Under the pieces are notes generated by a model. It was not told the origin of the DNA and ran no database searches. It saw nothing but the letters and a program-made list of their open reading frames with translations. A DNA stretch of 64,000 nt from an uncultured Victivallis sp. (GTDB lineage: Bacteria > Verrucomicrobiota > Lentisphaeria > Victivallales > GWF2-50-93). A program made the position numbers and the translations under genes. Location: NCBI GenBank assembly GCA_964600895.1, contig CAZRKP010000005.1, forward strand, positions 118,068 through 182,067. The letters run 5' to 3'. Below are positions 9,789 through 21,933 of the stretch, in pieces. The first letter of the stretch is position 1, and every line of letters begins with the position of its first letter.

Positions 9789-10385
9789 TTATCTGGCGTA
9801 GAATTCAACTACTCTCATGATCTCGACGCCTGTGGGATTTTCTTCAAGCAGGGGTTCCCTGACGACCTTCACCTTGCAGTGTTCCCTGTCGACCTCATGA
9901 TATGGCGGAACTTCGCAGTTCGCGTTCTTTGCGATGTTCGCAATTGCGGGATCCTTCTCTACATTGATGCTGATGACCTGTCCAGGACGGAGCCTGTATG
10001 AGGGACGGTCGACGATCTTGCCGTCGACAAGTATATGGCGGTGCACAACAAACTGTTTTGCCGCATGGATAGTCGGAGCGAGTCCGCTACGGTAAACTGC
10101 CGCGTCAAGCCTGAATTCGAGGTTGCGGAGGAGCTTCTGGTCGGTCTGGGTCTTACCGCTCTTCGCATCGACGAATGAGAGGTGGAGCTGTTTCTCGGTG
10201 AGTCCGTAGTAGACCTTCAGCCTCTGCTTCTGCAGGAGGAGTTCCCCGTAGGTTGAGAGTTTCTTCTGTGCGGTCTTTCCGTGCGGTCCGGCCGCGTACG
10301 GCCTTTTCGCACTTGGACACTTGGCTTTCCCCCAGATGCAGACACCCAGGCGGCGGCATAGTTTGTGTTTGGCTCGAGCTTGCAT
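9789..10385 (-). CDS. rpsD: 30S ribosomal protein S4
   Basis: 'KLCRRLGVCIWGK...YGELLLQKQRLKVYYGLTEKQ...LEFRLDAAVYRSGLAPTIHAAKQFVVHRHILVDGKIVDRPSYRLRPG' matches S4 along its full length. Confidence 0.97.
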   Translation of the reverse strand: MQARAKHKLCRRLGVCIWGKAKCPSAKRPYAAGPHGKTAQKKLSTYGELLLQKQRLKVYYGLTEKQLHLSFVDAKSGKTQTDQKLLRNLEFRLDAAVYRSGLAPTIHAAKQFVVHRHILVDGKIVDRPSYRLRPGQVISINVEKDPAIANIAKNANCEVPPYHEVDREHCKVKVVREPLLEENPTGVEIMRVVEFYAR

Positions 10386-10530
10386 GATCTCCTTTGATTG
10401 TTTTGTTTTATGGAAGCAGGTGTCAAGCTGTTTTGGAACCTGTCCTCCACCTTTTTACTCTTCTGCCTTTTATTTGGCAAAGGGGTGAAATTTAGCAGAT
10501 ATTGAAGCTTTATCAACTGCAATATGGATT

Positions 10531-10837
10531 TTTTAACCACAGAACACACAGATTACACAGAAAAATATGATGTTATTACCGTTTAACCACTTAATTGTAA
10601 GATGCTTAGGTGATATAGAAAAACCTTTAATTCTCCAAATGAAAAGATCACCGTATTTAGGTAGCAAAGGAGGAAAAGAAATCATGTAAAGCTATGCCGA
10701 GGGATATGTCACCCCTCTCCTTCTAACCGACAGGCTCTGGAACCGCAGAACCGAATCCGGCAGTGTCCTGCTCAGTCTACGAATATTTTTTTCTTTTTTT
10801 GAATCTTCTGTGTAATCTGTGTGTTCTGTGGTTAAAA
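10531..10837. repeat. 32-bp perfect inverted repeat (10531-10562 / 10806-10837) bracketing a 242-bp non-coding segment
   Basis: 'ttttaaccacagaacacacagattacacagaa' and its exact reverse complement 'ttctgtgtaatctgtgtgttctgtggttaaaa'. Confidence 0.9.
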
Positions 10838-10843
10838 TATCTC

Positions 10844-11491
10844 ATGAATTATTCCCAAAAACTCAAGAAGCTTACCGATAGGGTGCGTAAACGCCTGGAA
10901 TCGGCACCGGGCTGCCATGACTGGGAGCACACTCGCCGCGTCCTGCACAACGCCCGCATGATCGCTTCGGGTGAAAAGAAGGTCAATCTGCATGTGGTCG
11001 AATGCGCTGCGGTCCTGCATGACATTGCCCGTCCTGAAGAACTGAAGAGCAAAGGAAAGCTATGCCATGCTGTAATCGGTTCAGAACTCGCCATAAAGTT
11101 CCTCAGATCCTGCGAATTCCGCAACGAGGAATTCATCAGGAAGGTCTGCACCTGCGTAAAAACACACAGATACCGCGGGGGGCACAGCCCTTTACTTATT
11201 GAAGAAAAGATCGTGTATGACGCGGATAAGCTTGATTCCATTGGAGCGATCGGTGTCGGTCGTGCTTTCCATTTCGCCGGCAGGATCGGGGCGAAGGTCC
11301 ACAACACCGAATCCGAGGCTCTCGGATCAGATTCATACAGTTCGGAAGATTCCGCCTACCGCGAATATCTTGTGAAGCTCCGCCACATCCATGGCAAGAT
11401 GCTGACGAAAACTGGCCGTAAGATAGCAAGGCAGCGTTCCGACTTCATGCACGAGTTCTTTAAACAAATCAACAGAGAAGTCTACGGATAA
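10844..11491 (+). CDS. HD domain-containing metal-dependent phosphohydrolase
   Basis: 'HDWEHTRRVLHNARMI...AAVLHDIARPEE...YDADKLDSIGAIG' carries the H..HD..D signature. The ORF-track extension from 10763 reads through the repeat element, so ATG 10844 is preferred. Confidence 0.85.
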   Translation: MNYSQKLKKLTDRVRKRLESAPGCHDWEHTRRVLHNARMIASGEKKVNLHVVECAAVLHDIARPEELKSKGKLCHAVIGSELAIKFLRSCEFRNEEFIRKVCTCVKTHRYRGGHSPLLIEEKIVYDADKLDSIGAIGVGRAFHFAGRIGAKVHNTESEALGSDSYSSEDSAYREYLVKLRHIHGKMLTKTGRKIARQRSDFMHEFFKQINREVYG

Positions 11492-11570
11492 GATTTTTAT
11501 TGCCAAAATTTTATAATGGACTATTTTTTATAAGTAATCATATAAGAATTATCATTCCAGGGGGTATACA

Positions 11571-12671
11571 ATGGGCAAGGAACTTAGCGCAGGCCTCAAG
11601 CTCAAGGAAAAATACGAGATCGTCAGAAAATATGGAACTGGCAGTCTTGGTGACGACGTATATATAGGAAAACACCTTGAACTGGACCGTGAGATACTGA
11701 TAAGGATACTTCCCGTATCGATGACCTCCGACAAGGAGATCGCCCAGCGTTTCATCCAGGGTGTAAGGCTTACCGCATCACTCCAGCACCCGAACATCCT
11801 TCCAGCCTATGATGCCGGAGAGCAAGAGGATTTTTTCTTCTTTGTCACTGGGTTTGAAAAGGGTTTTTTCCTGAATGAATATCTTGTACAGCGCGGAAAA
11901 CTTGAGGAAAAGGAGGCTGTCAGGATCATAATCGCCCTTTCCGATGCGCTGAAATTCGCCTGGAAGACAAACAGCATAATTCATAGGAACGTATGTCCCG
12001 AAACCATTCTGATCGCCAGGGGCAACCAGCCGATGCTAACTGATTTTGGCATGGCGAAGTCGCAGGCGTCGGCGTCCCAAGGACTCACAATGCCCGGATT
12101 CACGGTCGGAAATCCGAAATATATGAGTCCGGAACAGGTCATGGCTGAGAAGGACATTGATTTCCATGCGGACATGTACTGTCTTGGCCTAGTCTTCTAC
12201 GAGATGCTCGCCGGCCATCCTGCCTTTGACGACAAGTCGGCTGTCGCTCTTATGGAGGCACAAACCAGCAAACAACCGAAGGATCTAAAGACCATAAATC
12301 CTCAAATTTCCGACCGCTGCATAAAAGTCATCAACGGCATGATCGAGAAGGACAAGAAAAAACGCTTCAGTTCCTGGGATGAGCTCATGGGCAAGCTTGA
12401 TGGACTGCTCGAAGATCAGAAGCCTGACGCGCAGATGGACAAGAAGAAGGAAGCTGAAATCAAGAAGAAAGCTTCAGAAGAGGCAGACAAGAAAATCAAG
12501 GACGTCATAAGGATGCTTGCTGCGGAGAAGAAACGCAAAATCAAGCGCAATATAACGATCATATTCATCATCCTGAACCTAATAATCCTTGCCCTGTTCA
12601 TCATGTTCTTAATGAATAAAATGAACAAGCCAGCCCAGAAGGATACGGATGTCCAGGAATTAAAACAATAG
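11571..12671 (+). CDS. Ser/Thr protein kinase-like protein, predicted pseudokinase, with a C-terminal TM anchor
   Basis: The kinase fold is recognisable ('DFGMAK', 'SPEQ', 'DMYCLGLVFYEML'). The catalytic loop reads 'HRNVCPET' instead of HRDxKxxN, and the VAIK lysine position reads 'LIRIL'. C-terminal TM 'ITIIFIILNLIILALFIMFLM'. Confidence 0.8.
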   Translation: MGKELSAGLKLKEKYEIVRKYGTGSLGDDVYIGKHLELDREILIRILPVSMTSDKEIAQRFIQGVRLTASLQHPNILPAYDAGEQEDFFFFVTGFEKGFFLNEYLVQRGKLEEKEAVRIIIALSDALKFAWKTNSIIHRNVCPETILIARGNQPMLTDFGMAKSQASASQGLTMPGFTVGNPKYMSPEQVMAEKDIDFHADMYCLGLVFYEMLAGHPAFDDKSAVALMEAQTSKQPKDLKTINPQISDRCIKVINGMIEKDKKKRFSSWDELMGKLDGLLEDQKPDAQMDKKKEAEIKKKASEEADKKIKDVIRMLAAEKKRKIKRNITIIFIILNLIILALFIMFLMNKMNKPAQKDTDVQELKQ

Positions 12672-12681
12672 CACAGATACT

Positions 12682-16113
<3,432 letters not shown>

Positions 16114-16216
16114 CCCCCCACGCCCTATGTCCTTTTCAAGCGTAGGATGAACTGACTTTTGCTCGCTACCGTTGATAGAATCTTTTTTTCCATAAATATT
16201 ATCCGAAATATTTAGT

Positions 16217-19200
16217 TTACTTTGAACTCCAGCGTTTCCGCCAGTTTTCGGTGCTTTCCTTACGGAGTTCATCAGAGGTCTTGGTCCAATCAAGGGCGGT
16301 GAAAATGGTAAACCCCTCCTTGCCATCGGTCCGCCCGTCAATAACTAATTCCCTCTGATCGGGGGAGAACCTGCCCCATGAAACTTGTCTAATGATGCCA
16401 CTAAACTTCAGAAGTTCATTCTGGGTATTCGGCTCCCAGATTCGGACTGTATGATCATTACTTCCGGAAATAATTCTCTTCCCGTCCGGTGAAAATTCAG
16501 CGAAACAGACAGCCTGTGAATGCATTTTTATTTCCCAGGCACAGGTTCCTGCCTCAATATTCCAAAATCTTATATATCCTGAATAATAGCCTACCAGTAA
16601 ATATTTCCCGTCTGGCGAGAAAGTCACTGACCAAGGGGAATCCATTGCTATGAAAGTCCTGTTCTCTTTCCGGGAAACAAGATCCCAAATGACAATACTG
16701 CTTTGGGGAGGGCATATGGCAATGCACGAGTCGTCTGGACTGAATGCTATCCAATGCGGATTATTCCATTGGATCTTGGATATTTTCAAATCCAAAATTA
16801 TCTGGCCTGAAGCCGCATCCCTTATAAAAGGACCTGCTTTCACATATCGTCCAGTGTTTGAGAATCCAAGATTCATGTCCAGTTTGGTATCCTGCTGCAC
16901 GGACCATATATTCTTCTTTGTCTGAAGATTGTGGAGAACAAGCGTGTTGGCCTTGTCCTTGTCAAACATGAGCATATAGCGACCATCTCTAGAGACGGTT
17001 GAATATCCATATCTGACTCCAGAGGGGCCTATGGAACGCTGTTCAACTGCCTGATTCCATATGCCCTTTGCATAGAAAAATGAATTCTTGCCTTGTAACT
17101 CTGAAATAAAGGCTCTTCCATCATCAAGAAATTCCAAATCCCCCATCATGGAAGGTTTGGAAAAGGGAATAATGACCTTTTGAGGAAGCTGCTGGAACGG
17201 CCAGATCCTGACAGCATATTTCGATTCATTTGCAGCGGTAAGCAGGCTTTTACTGTAGGGAAGAAGGACACACTTCAGTACTTGTTCGGAATGTCCTGTA
17301 AATTTACTGATCATCCTTCCAGTTTTACTTTCCCAGACATGAACCGCCCCTCCTGCATCTCCTGAAAAGATGTAATCTCCTTCCGGCGAATAGGAAATTG
17401 TGGAAATCGCAGCTCCTGTATTTTGAGACATGAGAACAGTCTTTCCTGTTGTCAAATCCAGTTCAACAACACTTCCGTTCCAACAGCCTCCGGCAAGCCT
17501 TGATCCATCCGGTGAAAAAACACTATATTCATGCCATCCTTCGGTGGTCAGTAAAATATCACCCTTCTGCGTGTCATATATTTTTGTTCTGTGCAAATTA
17601 CTACCAACATCTTCAGAAAATGACATTTTTCTCCCGTCAGGTGAGACAATAATGGGGATACTTCCTTCATTAAGCTTGCGAATCTCCTTCCCTTCCCTAA
17701 TATCCCATAAGGCGTGCTCCATCTTCTTTTTATCTGTATCAAGAGAGGCTGAAATCACGGCATGTGAATTATCTTGCATAAAGATGACCTTCTGGAAGGA
17801 ATAGCCTTCTTTATTTTGAGTCCATAAGACACGACTGCTTTCCAAATCAAACAAGGAAATATCACTGTCTCTCGCCATAATTATAGTCTGCCCATCAGGA
17901 GAAATAGAGAGTACAAATGTTGAAGCTGGTTTTGTTAAATATGAAATATCCAGCCGTTTCAACTCCCGTGCCCCTTGTACGTCCCATAGGATCCTTTCTT
18001 TAGCTTTATGAGATCCAGTAATCATCCTTTTCCCATCTGCGCTCACTTTGCAGAGCCAGATCGATTCGACATTGAAAACAGCTTCCTCTCTGGGGCAAAG
18101 CCCCATCAGATATCCCCATTCCCAGTTCCGCAGATATTGAGGACAACTTTCCAAAGTATTCTTGGCCGAAATAATATCTCCCTCGGCTATTTTACGGTCC
18201 GCAAGCTGGATTTTCGCCACATAGGCTTCCCATTCAGCCTTCTTCCTGATTTCTTTTTCACTTTCTTCAGCAGCTTGGGCTTTTTTCATGGAAGCAGAAG
18301 CAACTTTTTCATTGGCAACTGCCTTCCTCCACTGGGCAAGAGAGATTACAAGACCAAGCATTATTGAAAGAAGGACAAGGGCGGCAGCAGTTACAAAACC
18401 CTTGTGCCGTTTCGCCAGAAGCCAGAACTGCTTTATCACGCCTGCCTTTTCTGCGGATGTCGCAAATCCCCCTTGATACGCCTCAATGTCCTTCTGCAAA
18501 GCCTTCACATCCTGATAACGTTCCTCTTTCCTAAGCGACAACGCCTTCAGTGCTACTGACGACAGCGCCGGAGGTATATGCCCTCCGGGCAGATGAGGCA
18601 AGGACAATTTGTGTGACTTCTCATATTTCGTCGGCGGTTCGATCTGCCCCTTCGCCACCTTCATGAGGACTTCGTTGACGCTGGTACCTTCAATCGGAGG
18701 ATGAAGGGTGAGTATCTGGTAGAGGATGGCACCGAGTGCATAGATGTCGGTTCGCTGGTCAATCTCCGATATTCTGCCATACGCCTGTTCCGGAGCCATA
18801 TATAACGGAGTGCCCCTGAGCTGTCCTTCCATGGTCATCGCACCTGATCCGGCAATATTCTCTTCTGTCCTTGCGGATTCTATCTGAGCACTGGTATCTT
18901 CAGCTTCTTCCTCTTTGCTCCCAAGAACCTTCCCAAGACCCCAGTCCATAACAAGCGCCTCTCCGAACTCTCCAACCATGATGTTCTCGGGTTTCAGATC
19001 CCGGTGGACAACTCCTTTTGTATGCGCAAAAGACATGGCTTCGCAGATCTTCAGGAAGATATTGAGAAGACTGTTTAGAGGATATTTCGTGATTAATTCG
19101 GCGTCCCCATCTTTGATTCCCGCCAGAATCTTATCAAGGTTGTCCCCTTTTATGAACTTCATCGTGTAGAAGACGTTGCCAGAAGAATCGACCCCGAGCT

Positions 19201-19582
19201 CATGGACAGGAACGATACTCGGATGCTCCATCTGTCCGGTGATCTGCGCTTCCTCAATAAACCTTAGTATCTGTTCATCGTTGGCCCTTTTCGGATCAAG
19301 TAGCACCTTCATCGCTACGGTACGACGGATATTTAAATCCTTGGCCTGAAGTATCGCTCCCATGCCCCCTGCGGCAACTTTGCTTCCAATGTCGTATTTC
19401 TTTCCGGCTTGATCGACGAGAATTGAAGATGCGGAAGAAGAGGACTTTCCCTTTTCATCAAGGGCAACTCCACCATCAATTCCCTTCTTTTCCAGGAACT
19501 GCGTGATCGTTATCCCGCCGCGCTGGATGTCGGAGTCAAGGGTTGCTTTCAATTCGGAAAGATTATTTTCCCTGTCAGCCAT
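16217..19582 (-). CDS. Ser/Thr protein kinase - TM - coiled coil - WD40 beta-propeller protein (paralogue 2)
   Basis: Same architecture as paralogue 1. The kinase domain is near-identical, including an 89-nt stretch of perfect DNA identity (19113-19201 versus 15713-15801). Confidence 0.9.
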   Translation of the reverse strand: MADRENNLSELKATLDSDIQRGGITITQFLEKKGIDGGVALDEKGKSSSSASSILVDQAGKKYDIGSKVAAGGMGAILQAKDLNIRRTVAMKVLLDPKRANDEQILRFIEEAQITGQMEHPSIVPVHELGVDSSGNVFYTMKFIKGDNLDKILAGIKDGDAELITKYPLNSLLNIFLKICEAMSFAHTKGVVHRDLKPENIMVGEFGEALVMDWGLGKVLGSKEEEAEDTSAQIESARTEENIAGSGAMTMEGQLRGTPLYMAPEQAYGRISEIDQRTDIYALGAILYQILTLHPPIEGTSVNEVLMKVAKGQIEPPTKYEKSHKLSLPHLPGGHIPPALSSVALKALSLRKEERYQDVKALQKDIEAYQGGFATSAEKAGVIKQFWLLAKRHKGFVTAAALVLLSIMLGLVISLAQWRKAVANEKVASASMKKAQAAEESEKEIRKKAEWEAYVAKIQLADRKIAEGDIISAKNTLESCPQYLRNWEWGYLMGLCPREEAVFNVESIWLCKVSADGKRMITGSHKAKERILWDVQGARELKRLDISYLTKPASTFVLSISPDGQTIIMARDSDISLFDLESSRVLWTQNKEGYSFQKVIFMQDNSHAVISASLDTDKKKMEHALWDIREGKEIRKLNEGSIPIIVSPDGRKMSFSEDVGSNLHRTKIYDTQKGDILLTTEGWHEYSVFSPDGSRLAGGCWNGSVVELDLTTGKTVLMSQNTGAAISTISYSPEGDYIFSGDAGGAVHVWESKTGRMISKFTGHSEQVLKCVLLPYSKSLLTAANESKYAVRIWPFQQLPQKVIIPFSKPSMMGDLEFLDDGRAFISELQGKNSFFYAKGIWNQAVEQRSIGPSGVRYGYSTVSRDGRYMLMFDKDKANTLVLHNLQTKKNIWSVQQDTKLDMNLGFSNTGRYVKAGPFIRDAASGQIILDLKISKIQWNNPHWIAFSPDDSCIAICPPQSSIVIWDLVSRKENRTFIAMDSPWSVTFSPDGKYLLVGYYSGYIRFWNIEAGTCAWEIKMHSQAVCFAEFSPDGKRIISGSNDHTVRIWEPNTQNELLKFSGIIRQVSWGRFSPDQRELVIDGRTDGKEGFTIFTALDWTKTSDELRKESTENWRKRWSSK

Positions 19583-19679
19583 ATACCCCCGAAAAATGAT
19601 TAAAGAAGTTGTATATAAATACTTTTCTTACCGCATATAGTCAATAATGACAAAGCAGTAAATTCATGCTGGTATGGAA

Positions 19680-20660
19680 TTATTTTCCTTTTGCAGGCAC
19701 CCAGCTGACATCTTTTACGGTGAACGAGGATTTGTCGTCTTTTTCCTTGGAGATGGAAGGACAGTATACCCAGGTCCTGATGGTTCCGTTCTTAGTGTCA
19801 ATCTCGAAAAGCCTTACAGGATTCGTCTCATTGTCGTGATAGCACTGGATGAATTCGTAAATGGTGTTGCCATTGTCACCCTTGTCGGTCCTGTATCCAT
19901 GCTTCCCGGCGTGGCCGCAGAAGACAAGCTTGACATTTGAATACTTCTTTACGAGGTTGTCAAAGATGAACTGTGGACTGTTGTTGCCATACCCTCCATT
20001 TGTCTTTTCAATCGCTCCTCCCCCATTCAGGAAGGAATGTGTAACAAAGATTATGTTGTGGTTGGGATGATCCTCCACGACTTTCTTCGCCCATTCGACA
20101 GCCTCGGTCCTCGCCCACAGTTCCAGGCTGATCACGAGCCAGTCAAGTCCGCCTGCCTTGAATGTCTGGAACGAGTTTTCTACCTTGGCCTTCTCAAATG
20201 TTCCTCCCAGGTTCTTGAAGCGTTTAACCGGGAAATATGTATTGAAAGTCGAAGTGTTCCTCAGGTTTGTGTTGACATTGCCCGGAGCTGCGCTGCCACC
20301 TTCCTTCGTTGCCGCAGAATCATGGTTCCCAAGCGCAACGGCATATTGGATCCCGGCCTTGTCGAGGATCTCAAATCCCTTGCTGTTCCTTTCATACTGG
20401 GCATGGTCCGGAGTGTCCCAGTTCATCATGTCGCCCACATGCAGGACTATCTTGAGATTAAGCTCCTTCTGGTTGTCGACGAGCCACTGCATGCGGTTCT
20501 TGAGCCTGGTATCCTTGTCGTTTAAGATCTCCTGCTGGGAATCCGGAATGACGGCGATAGTGAATTTATCCTCGGAAAAACAGTTCCATGAATAAAGCAC
20601 TCCTGCCAGCAATCCAAACAGCAGGATTATTTTTCTAAGCATTGCCATAAAAATTCTCAT
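19680..20660 (-). CDS. Secreted calcineurin-like metallophosphoesterase
   Basis: Signal-like N-terminus. 'IAVIPDSQQE', 'LHVGDMMNWD', 'LGNHD' and 'FVTHSF' are the metallophosphatase motifs. The start overlaps the upstream stop (ATGA). Confidence 0.8.
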   Translation of the reverse strand: MRIFMAMLRKIILLFGLLAGVLYSWNCFSEDKFTIAVIPDSQQEILNDKDTRLKNRMQWLVDNQKELNLKIVLHVGDMMNWDTPDHAQYERNSKGFEILDKAGIQYAVALGNHDSAATKEGGSAAPGNVNTNLRNTSTFNTYFPVKRFKNLGGTFEKAKVENSFQTFKAGGLDWLVISLELWARTEAVEWAKKVVEDHPNHNIIFVTHSFLNGGGAIEKTNGGYGNNSPQFIFDNLVKKYSNVKLVFCGHAGKHGYRTDKGDNGNTIYEFIQCYHDNETNPVRLFEIDTKNGTIRTWVYCPSISKEKDDKSSFTVKDVSWVPAKGK

Positions 20661-21841
20661 ATCTGGTACGACTGGTTTCCGGCCGGTATTTCTATGAAGA
20701 ATGTGGTTCCCTCAGATTCATTTGAAGTGAACCATGCCCTTCCCTTGAGATATTTTTCTGTAAGGAGCCTGATGCTATAGGTGCCAAGACCGCGACCAAC
20801 GCCCTTTGAAGAAAAGGAACGGTTGAAGACCTGTCTCTGTACATGTTCAGGCATCATGCCGGGATTGTTGACGCTGAAAATCACATTTGTACCGTTGGAA
20901 CAACATCCAAGCGTGACTTCCTGCCCTGTCTTTATCGCTTCAAGTGCATTCTTGACCATGTTGCCAAGAATCCTGCGGACAATTGTCTTGTCGGAAACAA
21001 CTGGCAAGTCCTTGAAATCCGTGGAGATAACAACCGTTTTACCTTCGTCTCCCTGCTTCCTCCTGTATAGAGAACAAACTTCCTCTGCAACCATGCAAGT
21101 TCTGAATTCCTGTGGGGACAGTTTCAGATCATTGTGTTCGGCGTATGATATCATGCGCTGTGCCTTTATCTCTTCCGTAAGTGCCTCGGTGGAATCCGCA
21201 AAGAGATGCATGAGCTTGTCAATATCCTTCACCCTTCCCATCTTGAACAGCTCCGAGATCTGGTGAAGTTCGTTTGCTATGTTCATCACATCGTGGAAGA
21301 AAATCTTTTCGAGAGCGACCCTCCTCTTTTCGTCGCTGATGCATCTGAGCACATAGGCCACGAAATTCTTTTCACCTATCTGAATAGGTTTCGCCCAAAG
21401 GCGGAAATCCATGGCGTGTCCAGGTGGTTCCCTGAGAAAAAGGAGAACTTCCCTGCGGCCCTCATTGCCTTTCTGGGCATCCATGAATGCATTCGTACCT
21501 GCGCAGAACTGGCACACATCAGAAGTACCGCAACCTCCACTGCTATTGAAGGAGTTCTTGCAACCAAGCAGTTCACCTACGCGCAGCCCATAAGGCTCAG
21601 GCCCGTTGTTCTCCCTCTGGAAGTCAAGGCATGCCTTGTTTGCGAAGACTATCTGCCTCTGGTCATTGAGAACAATGAACATATCGGTGGTCGCATCAAG
21701 AAATTCCTGTATCAAATGGACCTTGGCCTTGTTCACCTTGGATATCTGGGTTTCCAGTTCGTCCAAGGACAGCCTTTCGGCCGGGGCATACTTGCTATTT
21801 TCCTTCACAGGCAGGTCCATTTTTATCTCCTTGAAAATCAT
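20657..21841 (-). CDS. Soluble sensor histidine kinase with a PAS-like domain carrying a C-x9-C-x5-C-x2-C motif
   Basis: No TM segment. 'FIVLNDQRQIVFANKA' is PAS-like. Cys motif 'CKNSFNSSGGCGTSDVCQFC'. H-box-like 'FFHDVMNIANELH'. HATPase_c motifs 'NMVKNALEA...GVGRGLGTYSIRLL'. Confidence 0.8.
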   Translation of the reverse strand: MIFKEIKMDLPVKENSKYAPAERLSLDELETQISKVNKAKVHLIQEFLDATTDMFIVLNDQRQIVFANKACLDFQRENNGPEPYGLRVGELLGCKNSFNSSGGCGTSDVCQFCAGTNAFMDAQKGNEGRREVLLFLREPPGHAMDFRLWAKPIQIGEKNFVAYVLRCISDEKRRVALEKIFFHDVMNIANELHQISELFKMGRVKDIDKLMHLFADSTEALTEEIKAQRMISYAEHNDLKLSPQEFRTCMVAEEVCSLYRRKQGDEGKTVVISTDFKDLPVVSDKTIVRRILGNMVKNALEAIKTGQEVTLGCCSNGTNVIFSVNNPGMMPEHVQRQVFNRSFSSKGVGRGLGTYSIRLLTEKYLKGRAWFTSNESEGTTFFIEIPAGNQSYQI

Positions 21842-21933
21842 AAGGAACTAGAGGTCTTTTCGTTTGAAACTTTGTATTTTAAAACCTCCAATGTATACTG
21901 ATATTATAGGGAATTGAAAAGTCCAGAGGCCCC

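Noticed and set aside
10531-10837. Whether the inverted-repeat-bounded segment is an insertion sequence or transposon
   Set aside because: The 242-bp interior has no transposase ORF, and I could not identify target-site duplications. I report it only as an IR-bracketed segment (inverton- or MITE-like hypothesis).
16114-16341. The 76-codon N-terminal extension of kinase-WD40 paralogue 1
   Set aside because: The first ~40 codons are simply the alternative-frame reading of the C-terminus of paralogue 2, and using them would need a 56-125-nt overlap. I kept this as a start-site ambiguity finding and did not annotate it as coding.
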